A DNA stretch of 64,000 nucleotides from an uncultured Haloferula sp. (GTDB lineage: Bacteria > Verrucomicrobiota > Verrucomicrobiia > Verrucomicrobiales > Akkermansiaceae), in the NCBI GenBank assembly GCA_965652295.1, contig CBFGTS010000012.1:1-64000 (forward strand), given 5' to 3'. A program made the position numbers and the translations under genes. Below, piece by piece: positions 56,090 through 64,000 of the stretch. The first letter of the stretch is position 1, and every line of letters starts with the position of its first letter. The notes below the pieces were generated by a model. That model was given only the letters and a program-made list of their open reading frames with translations, was not told the DNA's origin and did not search any database.

Positions 56090-56929
56090 ATGGCCCGCCG
56101 CCCCGTCACCACCGAAGCACCGCTCACCCGCGCCCTCCTCATCTTCGGAGCCGTGGCATTTCTCGGGTTGTTCCTGCTCATCCCACTGGGGCTTGTTTTC
56201 GTCGAGGCCTTCCGCCGCGGCTGGGACGTGTTCGCCTCCTCCCTCACCGATCGCTATGCCCTTTCGGCCATCAGGCTGACGCTTCTCGCCGCCGCCATCG
56301 CCGTCCCGCTCAACACCCTCTTCGGCCTCGCCGCCGCCTGGCTCATCACCAAGTTCCGTTTCAAGGGCCGCGCCTTCCTGCTCGCCCTGATCGACCTGCC
56401 CTTTGCCGTTTCCCCGGTCATCGCCGGGCTCGTGTGGGTGTTGCTCTTCGGTGCCCGCGGCTGGTTCGGTCCGCTGCTCGCCGAGCACGACTTCCGGATC
56501 ATCTTCGCCGTCCCCGGAATCGTGCTCGCCACCATGTTCGTCACCTTTCCCTTCGTCGCCCGCGAGCTGATCCCTCTCATGGAAATGCAGGGAACCGACG
56601 AGGAGGAAGCCGGCGTGACCCTCGGAGCCGGCGGCTGGCAGATCTTCCGGCGCGTGACGCTTCCGAACATCAAATGGGGCCTGCTCTACGGCATCCTCCT
56701 CTGCAATGCCCGCGCGATGGGCGAGTTCGGGGCCGTCTCGGTCGTTTCCGGCCACATCCGGGGAAAAACCAACACGCTGCCGCTCCACATTGAGGTCCTC
56801 TACAACGAATACCAGTTCAGCGCCGCCTTTGCCGCTGCCACCCTTCTCGCCCTGCTCGCGCTCGTCACCCTCGGACTCAAGTCCCTCTTCGAGCACCTCC
56901 TCGGCCACTCCAGCTCCATCCGCCACTGA
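56090..56929 (+). CDS. cysW: Sulfate ABC permease CysW
   Basis: [37 protein letters not shown]. Confidence 0.92.
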   Translation: MARRPVTTEAPLTRALLIFGAVAFLGLFLLIPLGLVFVEAFRRGWDVFASSLTDRYALSAIRLTLLAAAIAVPLNTLFGLAAAWLITKFRFKGRAFLLALIDLPFAVSPVIAGLVWVLLFGARGWFGPLLAEHDFRIIFAVPGIVLATMFVTFPFVARELIPLMEMQGTDEEEAGVTLGAGGWQIFRRVTLPNIKWGLLYGILLCNARAMGEFGAVSVVSGHIRGKTNTLPLHIEVLYNEYQFSAAFAAATLLALLALVTLGLKSLFEHLLGHSSSIRH

Positions 56930-56931
56930 TC

Positions 56932-57933
56932 ATGTCCGTCTCCATCCAGAACATTCACAAAACCTTCGGCAGCTATCATGCGCTCGATGATGTATCGCTG
57001 GAAGTGCCCGATGGCTCGCTCACCGCCCTGCTCGGTCCCTCCGGTTCGGGGAAAACCACTCTCCTCAGAATCATCGCCGGGCTTGAGTTCGCCGACCCCG
57101 GTTCCGGGCGGATCCTGTTCCATGGCCACGACGTGGCAAACGTCCCCGCCGGTCAACGTGGAGTCGGTTTCGTCTTCCAACACTACGCCCTCTTCCGCCA
57201 CATGAGCGTGGCCGACAACATCGGCTTCGGTCTCACCGTGTTGCCTCGTGCCCAGCGTCCCACGAAAAGGGAGATCCACGACCGCGCCCTGGAGCTCCTC
57301 AAGCTGGTCAAACTCGAGGGCCTCCACGACCGCCGCCCCTCCGAACTCTCCGGCGGCCAGCGCCAACGCGTCGCCCTCGCCCGTGCCCTGGCCATCCGTC
57401 CAAAGGTCCTCCTTCTCGACGAGCCCTTCGGCGCGCTCGATGCCCAAGTGCGCAAAGACCTCCGCCGCTGGCTGCGACATTTCCACGACGAGATCGGCCT
57501 CACCACCCTGTTCGTCACCCATGATCAGGAGGAGGCGCTCGAACTCGCCGACCAGGTCGTCGTCATGCGCAACGCCCGCATCGAACAATCCGGCCCGCCC
57601 CAGGAAATCTACGATTCACCTCGTACTTCCTTCGTTTACGAATTCCTCGGCGCGGTCAACAAGCTACCAGGCGACCGCTACGTCCGGCCGCACGAGATCG
57701 AGCTGAAATTCGCCGCCGAGGAAGGTGTCGATTTCACCGGACGTGTCAGCCATCTCTTCGTCGCCGGACCTTTCGCCCGTCTCAGCGTCGTTCCCGAGTC
57801 CGGACCGGCCCGGGAAATCGAAGTCTGGGCCACCCGCGACAAGATCGAGGAAATGGCCGTGAGCCACGGTGATGTCGTGGGCCTCCATCTTCCGCCAATC
57901 CGGAAAGCCGTCCACCCGGAACAACGCACCTGA
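56932..57933 (+). CDS. cysA: Sulfate ABC ATP-binding protein CysA
   Basis: [47 protein letters not shown]. Confidence 0.93.
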   Translation: MSVSIQNIHKTFGSYHALDDVSLEVPDGSLTALLGPSGSGKTTLLRIIAGLEFADPGSGRILFHGHDVANVPAGQRGVGFVFQHYALFRHMSVADNIGFGLTVLPRAQRPTKREIHDRALELLKLVKLEGLHDRRPSELSGGQRQRVALARALAIRPKVLLLDEPFGALDAQVRKDLRRWLRHFHDEIGLTTLFVTHDQEEALELADQVVVMRNARIEQSGPPQEIYDSPRTSFVYEFLGAVNKLPGDRYVRPHEIELKFAAEEGVDFTGRVSHLFVAGPFARLSVVPESGPAREIEVWATRDKIEEMAVSHGDVVGLHLPPIRKAVHPEQRT

Positions 57934-57997
57934 CCGCACTTGCGATCGGCGGACGGAGGCCCAGCATTCCCGCCGCCCCGCCCACCCGGTTCCCGCC

Positions 57998-58810
57998 ATG
58001 TCCATCCTCCTCCTTTGCGTCTTCCTCGGAGTCACGCACCTCGTCTCCACCCTATCTTACGGTGTCCGGATCGCAGGAGCGCGGACCGGCAGGATCGCCT
58101 TCTGCCTGTCCCTCTTCAACCTGCTCGTCCTCGTTTCCCGCAGCGCCAACACCCTGCTCACCCCGAGCCTTTCCAAACGCGTCGAATCCCAGCTCGATGG
58201 CTCGTCCGCCACCCTCGAGGCCGACTTCCACTGGCTGATCACGACCGCCACCCTGGCCACCATCCTCGGCCTCATCGCCATTCCCACGTTCCAGCGGTAC
58301 ATCTCCTCGATGGTCTCCGCCTTCGATCGATTCCCCTCGATCGGCCGACTCACCGTTCACGCGTTCAGTCCCGCGGGTTGGAGCGCGCTGCACACTTCCT
58401 GGACGATTCCCTCCTTGGGAAACCTCTCATCTTTCAAAAGCGGGATGCGTCTTCCGTGGAGCGTCTTTTTTCTCAATGTCGGTGGCACCGCGCTCCTCAC
58501 CACCGGGGTGCTCAGCTCCCTCTACGCCGGCGTTTTCGCTCCCGAACTGCGTATGACCACCGGTCAGCTCTCGGCCGTGGTCAATTTCGCCGGGACGATC
58601 CTGCTCTTCGCCTTCGTCGATCCCTACCTCTCTTACATCACCGATTCCGCCGCGGCGGACGGGGCGGACGCGGATGCCGGCGATACCCAACTTCGCGCCG
58701 CCGTGCTCGGCATGGGGCTCAGTCGTGTCCTTGGCACGGCACTTTCCCACTTCCTCCTCGTCCCCGGTGCCAAGCTCGTTGCCTGGATCGCCCATCTCAT
58801 CCCAGGTTGA
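57998..58810 (+). CDS. Amj (DUF2837) lipid II flippase family protein
   Basis: HLVSTLSYGVRIAGARTGRIA..SLFN..VSR, GVLSSLYAG..PELRMT..LSAVVN..TILL..FVDP. Confidence 0.75.
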   Translation: MSILLLCVFLGVTHLVSTLSYGVRIAGARTGRIAFCLSLFNLLVLVSRSANTLLTPSLSKRVESQLDGSSATLEADFHWLITTATLATILGLIAIPTFQRYISSMVSAFDRFPSIGRLTVHAFSPAGWSALHTSWTIPSLGNLSSFKSGMRLPWSVFFLNVGGTALLTTGVLSSLYAGVFAPELRMTTGQLSAVVNFAGTILLFAFVDPYLSYITDSAAADGADADAGDTQLRAAVLGMGLSRVLGTALSHFLLVPGAKLVAWIAHLIPG

Positions 58811-58813
58811 CTT

Positions 58814-59269
58814 TCAGATCCGCGGATCAAAGCGGAACTCGATCGGGTCCCCCACCGTCATGCGAACAGCGGAGGCATGCAGCGGGTTGACCAGACACAC
58901 CGACTCCTTCGGGATGATCGTGCTCGGCAGTCGTAGCGCGAGCTGCCCGCCCTCGCGAAGCCACGCCTCGCCCAGCCGCCGGGCTCCCACGGACGAGGGA
59001 AGATTTCGCCAGTCGCCCGGCAGACTCTCCACCCGCACGTCCTCGACCAGTTCGTCCGGCACCGCTACCTCCAAGATCCGCCAGTCCAGCCTCAGCAGCT
59101 CGCGCGGCGCATGCACCAACACTTCCAGCGCCGCCAGCGATCGGGATTCCGCCAGATAGACAGCCGACAAGCCAGGGGGATTCCAACGGCCGCCCGCCAG
59201 CCGCGCGCCTTCGCCACTCATCGCACTGGCGGCCCAGCGCGCCTGCACCAGCCGGAAGAACGTCGCCAT
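58814..59269 (-). CDS. RES domain toxin (NAD+-consuming)
   Basis: SGEGARLAGGRWN, YLAES..ALEVLVH, LRLPSTIIP..LVNP; R, E and S residues present. Confidence 0.9.
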   Translation of the reverse strand: MATFFRLVQARWAASAMSGEGARLAGGRWNPPGLSAVYLAESRSLAALEVLVHAPRELLRLDWRILEVAVPDELVEDVRVESLPGDWRNLPSSVGARRLGEAWLREGGQLALRLPSTIIPKESVCLVNPLHASAVRMTVGDPIEFRFDPRI

Positions 59270-59272
59270 GAG

Positions 59273-59704
59273 TCAGCTGAAAATGCCGTGTTCCAACCGC
59301 ATCAGCAGCGCCTCCACCTCACGGGCACCGATCTCCGTGTCCGCGAAATCCAGTGGGCATTCTCCGTGAAAAGCCACCGCCGGGGCCGACAGCCACGACC
59401 GTGCACCGTCCTCCCCCGCAAAGGTCTCACTGGCCCGCGCGAAAAGCCGCATGTAGCGCACCAGACGATCCGATTCCGAGCGATCCAAATGCCCCGATTT
59501 CTTGCGTCGGTGAAGTGTCGCTCGCGACATCCCGAGCAAGCCCGCCAGCCGCTCCTCGGTGAGATCGAGCAACCGCCGGGCCGCATGAAACTCCGACATC
59601 GAAAGCCCTTCGCGCACCCGCTCCACGACATAGGCGGCCTCAGGCTCCCGCACGATCGAGTCCTTCATGTCCGGCACATCCAGATACGAAACCTTCTTCT
59701 TCAT
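59273..59704 (-). CDS. Xre/MbcA/ParS family antitoxin
   Basis: HTH LLGMSRATLHRRK, ESDRL, ARSWL..PLD..GAREVEALLMRLEHG; directly upstream of RES. Confidence 0.9.
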   Translation of the reverse strand: MKKKVSYLDVPDMKDSIVREPEAAYVVERVREGLSMSEFHAARRLLDLTEERLAGLLGMSRATLHRRKKSGHLDRSESDRLVRYMRLFARASETFAGEDGARSWLSAPAVAFHGECPLDFADTEIGAREVEALLMRLEHGIFS

Positions 59705-59734
59705 ACGGATCAATTTATCCCTCCACCTGAAACA

Positions 59735-62700
59735 TCACAAGCGTTTTCCCCCGATTTCCACCCACTCTCCCAGCTTCGTGCTCAGCAACAGGCAGGTGAC
59801 CTCCGCCTGCGGGTAGATTCCCTTCACCACCCGCCGATACGCCTCCACCTGCCCGGCGTATCGCTCACGAAGCTCCTCCGCCGTCGTCACCGCATCGGTC
59901 TTGAAATCGATTACCTCGACCCGCTGCCCGCCATCGATGACATGCAGCCGGTCGATCACGCCGCTCAGCCATTTCCCCTCCACGATCGCCTCCACCGGCT
60001 GCTCACGGAAGAGCGCCACCTCGCCCCCCCGCCGCTCGAATCGGGCACGGATCTCCGGCACCCCTAGTAGTTCGCGCACCGCCATCGCACCGTCTCCTGC
60101 CGGAAACCGCGGTTCCTCCTCGTCCAGCCAACCGATCGCCTCGAACGCCGCGTGTACCTCACTGCCGAACTTCCGACCCGTCGCCGACGCCACCACCTTT
60201 CCCTCGACTGGCTTTTCACCGCTCGGCGTCGAGCGAGAGCGCAGTGCCTTCGGCCGCGCAAGCATCGGTGGGGGAGCTCCCGCCACCACTTCGCGCCGGG
60301 GAAGAGCGTCCAGCCATCCCGCAGCCCCGATTTCACACATCACGCCCGCTTCACGCCCATCCACTCCGCAGGCCGAACGCACCAACTCCGCAGACGACGC
60401 CCACGGACCCTTGTCACGCGATCCCGAAACTCCGGGCAGCACCACATAAAGCCCGCGCTTCGCCCGCGTCAGCGCCACATAGAGCAGGCATAGCGCCTCA
60501 TAGCGCTGCGCCTCTCCCCAGCGCTCCTCCGCCTCACGCAGCGCCGGGACCTGCTGGCGCACCCATTGTGCCGGCGGTTGCAGCAACCAGTCCGGCCCTG
60601 CCGCGATCTCGAACTTGCCCGCGTTCGGCACCTGCTCGTCGCTGATCTCCGGCAGGATCACCACATCGAACCCAAGACCCTTCGCCTTGTGCATCGTCAT
60701 CACCTGCACCGCGGCCGATCCCGGTTCCTGCGCGACTTCCAGCTTCTCGATCGCCAGCAGCGCGTCACGTGGTCCCCCGCCACCTTCCGCATCAAAGGTC
60801 TCCAACGCACGGATCACATCCATCGCCCGGCCGTGGCCGAAATCGGAAAGCGTTTCCCGCAATGGTGCCACCAAATCCTCAAGCATTCCTCCGTATCCCT
60901 TCGCTTCGACTTCCGTCAGCAGGCCCTCCCAACGCGCCTGCCAGAACCCGCCGAAGCGCACATCGAGCTCCGCCACAAGCGGCGACATCGCCACCACCCC
61001 ACGCTCCATTCCATCCGCCGGATCCGCCAGCCATGCGATCAGAGCCCGCAGAGCCACGCCCACGGCGTGATCCTCAGTCGGCCGACGGCGTCCCTCCTCG
61101 ATCACTTGAAAACCCGCCTCCCGCAACCGGTCGGCCAGCGCCACCACCTGATCGTTCGTCCGCACCAGCACGCCGCAGCTCAGTGCCTTTTTCCCAGCAC
61201 CGATTTCCTCCAGCAGCCCCACCACCCGCTCGTAACGCAGCTCGCTTTCCTTGCCCTCCGTCACCTCCACACGCACGTAGCCGCTCAGCGATGCATCGGC
61301 CGGTTCATGCCTCTCCCACCCCGCCGCCCACCGATTCGCCAGTCCGGGCCCGAACGCTTCGCGGATCCCGGCATCGTTACCGCCCACGCGGTTCACGAAG
61401 TCCAACACCGCTCCGCACGAACGCCGCGAGACCGGCATCGACTCCGGGCTGAGGCGGAAGTGATCCCGCACCACGTCGAACAAGCGCACGTCGCCACCCC
61501 GCCAACCGTAGATCGCCTGCTTCGCGTCACCTACCACGAACATCGTAGATGCGTCGTCGCTCGCCGCCTCCTCGATCCACGGCAGCAGGCCGTTCCACTG
61601 CGCACCACTCGTGTCCTGAAACTCGTCCAGCAGCCAATGGTCGTAGCGTGCGTCGAGGCGAAAATCCACCGCCTCGCGCCGCAGCCGACCCGCTTCGGTT
61701 TTCAACCACTCGCCCATCAGCACCTTCACATCGTCAAAGCCCAGCAAACCCCGCCGTCGCAGCTGCCTCTCGCAGGCCGCATCGAACTCCGCCACGATCC
61801 GCAGCACCGCCCGCGTCCGCTCGACCGCCGCCGCCAGCTCGCACCCGACCAGCAGCCTCATCAAATCCCTCAACCGGTCCTCGAAAACCGGCCCCATCGC
61901 CACCTCCTTGTAGTGCTTCAGCACCAGCACCTCATCGCCGCGCCACTCCAGCATCCCCTTCAGAAAGCCCGTCGCGCCACCCAACGAACCGCTGCCGATC
62001 GTGTGCTTCTCGAAAGTTACCAGCGCCTTCTCCATCGCTTCGCCCTGACCCTTGCGCGTCCACTCCACATCCTGCGCCGCCGATCTCAATCCACCCACCC
62101 GCTTCGCCTTCTCCCTTTCCCACTCCTCCACCTCCGGCAGATCGCCGAACACCCGAGCCAACCCTTCGTCCAAAGCCGCGCCGTGCTCCCGCCATTTGTC
62201 CTGCCAAGCGTCGAAAAAACCCAGCAGCAGCTCCACCACCGCCTTCTGCTCCCGCCCCATCGTCGCCCGGCGGAAGGCCGCGAGAAACTCCTCCGCATCC
62301 TCGTCCCACATCGCATTCCCCACCAGTCCGCCGAGCAGGGCATCGAGCTTCGCCCGTCGCTGCGGCCCCTCCAACAGCTCGAAGCTGCCACCGGTCACAC
62401 CGAGTTCGTACTGGAAACCTCGTACCACCCGGGTGAAAAAACTGTCCATGGTCCCCAGCGCCAGCCGCGGCAGCGCGCGCACCACCTTTTCCAGCACCTC
62501 CATCGGCTCGAACGGACCGCCCAGCGCGTCCTCGATCCTCGCCCGCTCCGCTGGATCCAGCGCCGCCTTCGCCAGCTTTTCGAGCACCGCATCCGCGAAC
62601 TCGCCCGCCGCCTTGCGGGTGAAAGTCAGCGCCACGATCCGCTCAGGATCGACCCCCGCCCGCCCCACCAGGCCGATCACCCGGTTGCTGAGTTGATAGG

Positions 62701-62755
62701 TTTTCCCCGACCCCGCCGAGGCCCGGATCATCAGGTTTTTACTCAGAATCTTCAT
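59735..62755 (-). CDS. UvrD-type helicase-nuclease (AddA-like)
   Basis: ASAGSGKT, LTFTRKAA, LDEFQDTS, VGDAKQAIYGWRG, MTMHKAKGLGF, LYVALTRA, C-terminal GVIDRL..IDFKT. Confidence 0.9.
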   Translation of the reverse strand: MKILSKNLMIRASAGSGKTYQLSNRVIGLVGRAGVDPERIVALTFTRKAAGEFADAVLEKLAKAALDPAERARIEDALGGPFEPMEVLEKVVRALPRLALGTMDSFFTRVVRGFQYELGVTGGSFELLEGPQRRAKLDALLGGLVGNAMWDEDAEEFLAAFRRATMGREQKAVVELLLGFFDAWQDKWREHGAALDEGLARVFGDLPEVEEWEREKAKRVGGLRSAAQDVEWTRKGQGEAMEKALVTFEKHTIGSGSLGGATGFLKGMLEWRGDEVLVLKHYKEVAMGPVFEDRLRDLMRLLVGCELAAAVERTRAVLRIVAEFDAACERQLRRRGLLGFDDVKVLMGEWLKTEAGRLRREAVDFRLDARYDHWLLDEFQDTSGAQWNGLLPWIEEAASDDASTMFVVGDAKQAIYGWRGGDVRLFDVVRDHFRLSPESMPVSRRSCGAVLDFVNRVGGNDAGIREAFGPGLANRWAAGWERHEPADASLSGYVRVEVTEGKESELRYERVVGLLEEIGAGKKALSCGVLVRTNDQVVALADRLREAGFQVIEEGRRRPTEDHAVGVALRALIAWLADPADGMERGVVAMSPLVAELDVRFGGFWQARWEGLLTEVEAKGYGGMLEDLVAPLRETLSDFGHGRAMDVIRALETFDAEGGGGPRDALLAIEKLEVAQEPGSAAVQVMTMHKAKGLGFDVVILPEISDEQVPNAGKFEIAAGPDWLLQPPAQWVRQQVPALREAEERWGEAQRYEALCLLYVALTRAKRGLYVVLPGVSGSRDKGPWASSAELVRSACGVDGREAGVMCEIGAAGWLDALPRREVVAGAPPPMLARPKALRSRSTPSGEKPVEGKVVASATGRKFGSEVHAAFEAIGWLDEEEPRFPAGDGAMAVRELLGVPEIRARFERRGGEVALFREQPVEAIVEGKWLSGVIDRLHVIDGGQRVEVIDFKTDAVTTAEELRERYAGQVEAYRRVVKGIYPQAEVTCLLLSTKLGEWVEIGGKRL

Positions 62756-64000
62756 CGCTCCACTCGTTGGGTTCCATCACCAGGCTCTCCAGCTGGCGCC
62801 CCACGGCCAGCGCCTTGAAATCATCGTGGTTCACCTTCTCTGCCGGCGGCCAGAATGCCCCCGCCGTCACCTGCTCCAGCACCCACGCCGCACAGGCCCG
62901 TGCGGATTCCCGCTGTTCTTCATCGAAGTCGCCCCACCAGCTCACGTCGCATTCCCCCTCGCTCGCGCCGAGCACGTAGTAGCCCATCGCGCCGATCTCA
63001 CCCAAAGCCACCGCATACAAAGGCACCTGGAGGTCCTTCCACAGATGCTCCGTCGGGCTTTTCGATCGCCCGGAAATCACCTGCACCCGGGCAGCCTCCA
63101 CGCCATCAAGATGCGTCGGAATCCGCGTCGCGGCGGTCACGCGGGTCAAGTGCGAGGTCCTCACCTCCTTGCCGCTCAGTTTGGCAAAGGTCTTGTAGTC
63201 GAGCACCCGCAGCTCGCCATCGCGCTCGTCGATCCGGTCCACCGTGCCCCGCACCGTCACGCCGGCGATCTCGATTTCGAACTTCTTCTCCACCTCCTTC
63301 ACCCGCCAACCTTCCACCTGCTCCTGCGCCTGCCATGCCGAAAACCAGCCCAGCCGTTGCTTCAGGCTCTCCGCCTGCATCCGCGCCGCCAGCGGGATCC
63401 GCTCGCCGAATCTCCGCCGCAGCAGCGTTTCCACCTGGCCTTCGAAATACTCCCTCAGCGCCTCGACCTTGCTGAAATCCCGCGCCACCGGATCATTGCC
63501 CCACGTTTCGAGAACCTCATGCGCGACCGTTCCGAAATCGCGCGAGTTCCACTCGACCCGCTCCGGCTCTGCGGCGCTCATGCCCAGTCCGTGCTTCAAA
63601 TAGAACCGGAACGGGCAGGCAAGGTAGTCCTTGAAGGCGGAGACCGACAGACTGCGCTTACCGTCCTTTACCCGCACCTCCCGCCGCTCCGGCCGCCAAC
63701 GCCAGTCCACCTCGAACGCCACTCCCGCGTCCGGTGGCTCCACGCCTTGGAAAAGCAGCTTCACCCGCCGCGCCAGCTCCTCGCCTTTCGCCGCCAGCAA
63801 CAGACGCGATGGCAACAGTGCGTCGCCATCGCCCCCGGATTTCGCCAGCAGGAGGTCCACCCGTCCGCCCGTGCGCCGCGCCTCGATCACCGACCGCAGA
63901 ACGAACGCATCCCGCGCACCCCGCTGCGCCTCCGTGCCCAGCCCGAGGCGCTCGCGCACCCCCTCCGCCAGCCACGGATTCGCCCCCCCCGGCGACGGCA
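62739..64000 (-). CDS. AddB-like PD-(D/E)XK nuclease, 5' part outside the window
   Basis: PSRLL, SVSAFKDYLACPFRFYL, GTVDRID..LDYKT, QVPLY; overlaps the start of the AddA-like gene. Confidence 0.85.
   Translation of the reverse strand, partial: PSPGGANPWLAEGVRERLGLGTEAQRGARDAFVLRSVIEARRTGGRVDLLLAKSGGDGDALLPSRLLLAAKGEELARRVKLLFQGVEPPDAGVAFEVDWRWRPERREVRVKDGKRSLSVSAFKDYLACPFRFYLKHGLGMSAAEPERVEWNSRDFGTVAHEVLETWGNDPVARDFSKVEALREYFEGQVETLLRRRFGERIPLAARMQAESLKQRLGWFSAWQAQEQVEGWRVKEVEKKFEIEIAGVTVRGTVDRIDERDGELRVLDYKTFAKLSGKEVRTSHLTRVTAATRIPTHLDGVEAARVQVISGRSKSPTEHLWKDLQVPLYAVALGEIGAMGYYVLGASEGECDVSWWGDFDEEQRESARACAAWVLEQVTAGAFWPPAEKVNHDDFKALAVGRQLESLVMEPNEWSDEDSE

Overview
High-GC bacterial chromosomal window. 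Gene content and style (RG-I CAZyme cluster with autotransporter-type beta-strand repeats, intergenic short-repeat families) suggest Verrucomicrobiota of the Luteolibacter/Haloferula type; this is inference only. 1-5.8 kb is a decaying accessory patch: a methyltransferase C-terminal remnant, a split restriction-endonuclease-like/TPR gene, a NERD gene, an ankyrin gene, a frameshifted SEC-C gene, a YhcG/DUF1016 scrap and dense REP-like and heptamer repeats. 5.8-9.3 kb is lutABC, interrupted between lutB and lutC by a GxxExxY gene that sits exactly in the loop of a 52-bp inverted repeat, with two extra left-arm copies upstream. This is the best candidate for an undescribed minimal mobile or regulatory element. 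Then come an ECF sigma, ruvB and an 18-kb secreted pectin/rhamnogalacturonan-I enzyme cluster (PL4, GH106, CE12-SASA, 2x PL1, GH2). The rest is mostly core genes: fabH, a POT transporter with a GspG-like insert, tatD, LysM, TlpA-like, a BlaI-histone-like fusion, tRNA-Val, pta, hisJ-type PHP, glmM/GlmU-acetyltransferase-only/glmS, a candidate C-loop sRNA, thyA-folA, cinA, rsfS, rnc, tRNA-His, queE, hpf, an Rrf2-YezD-porin-sulfate ABC locus, an Amj-like flippase, an Xre-RES toxin-antitoxin pair and addAB-like genes (the last runs off the window). All calls come from motif recognition; no database searches were run. Several start codons were re-chosen by eye.
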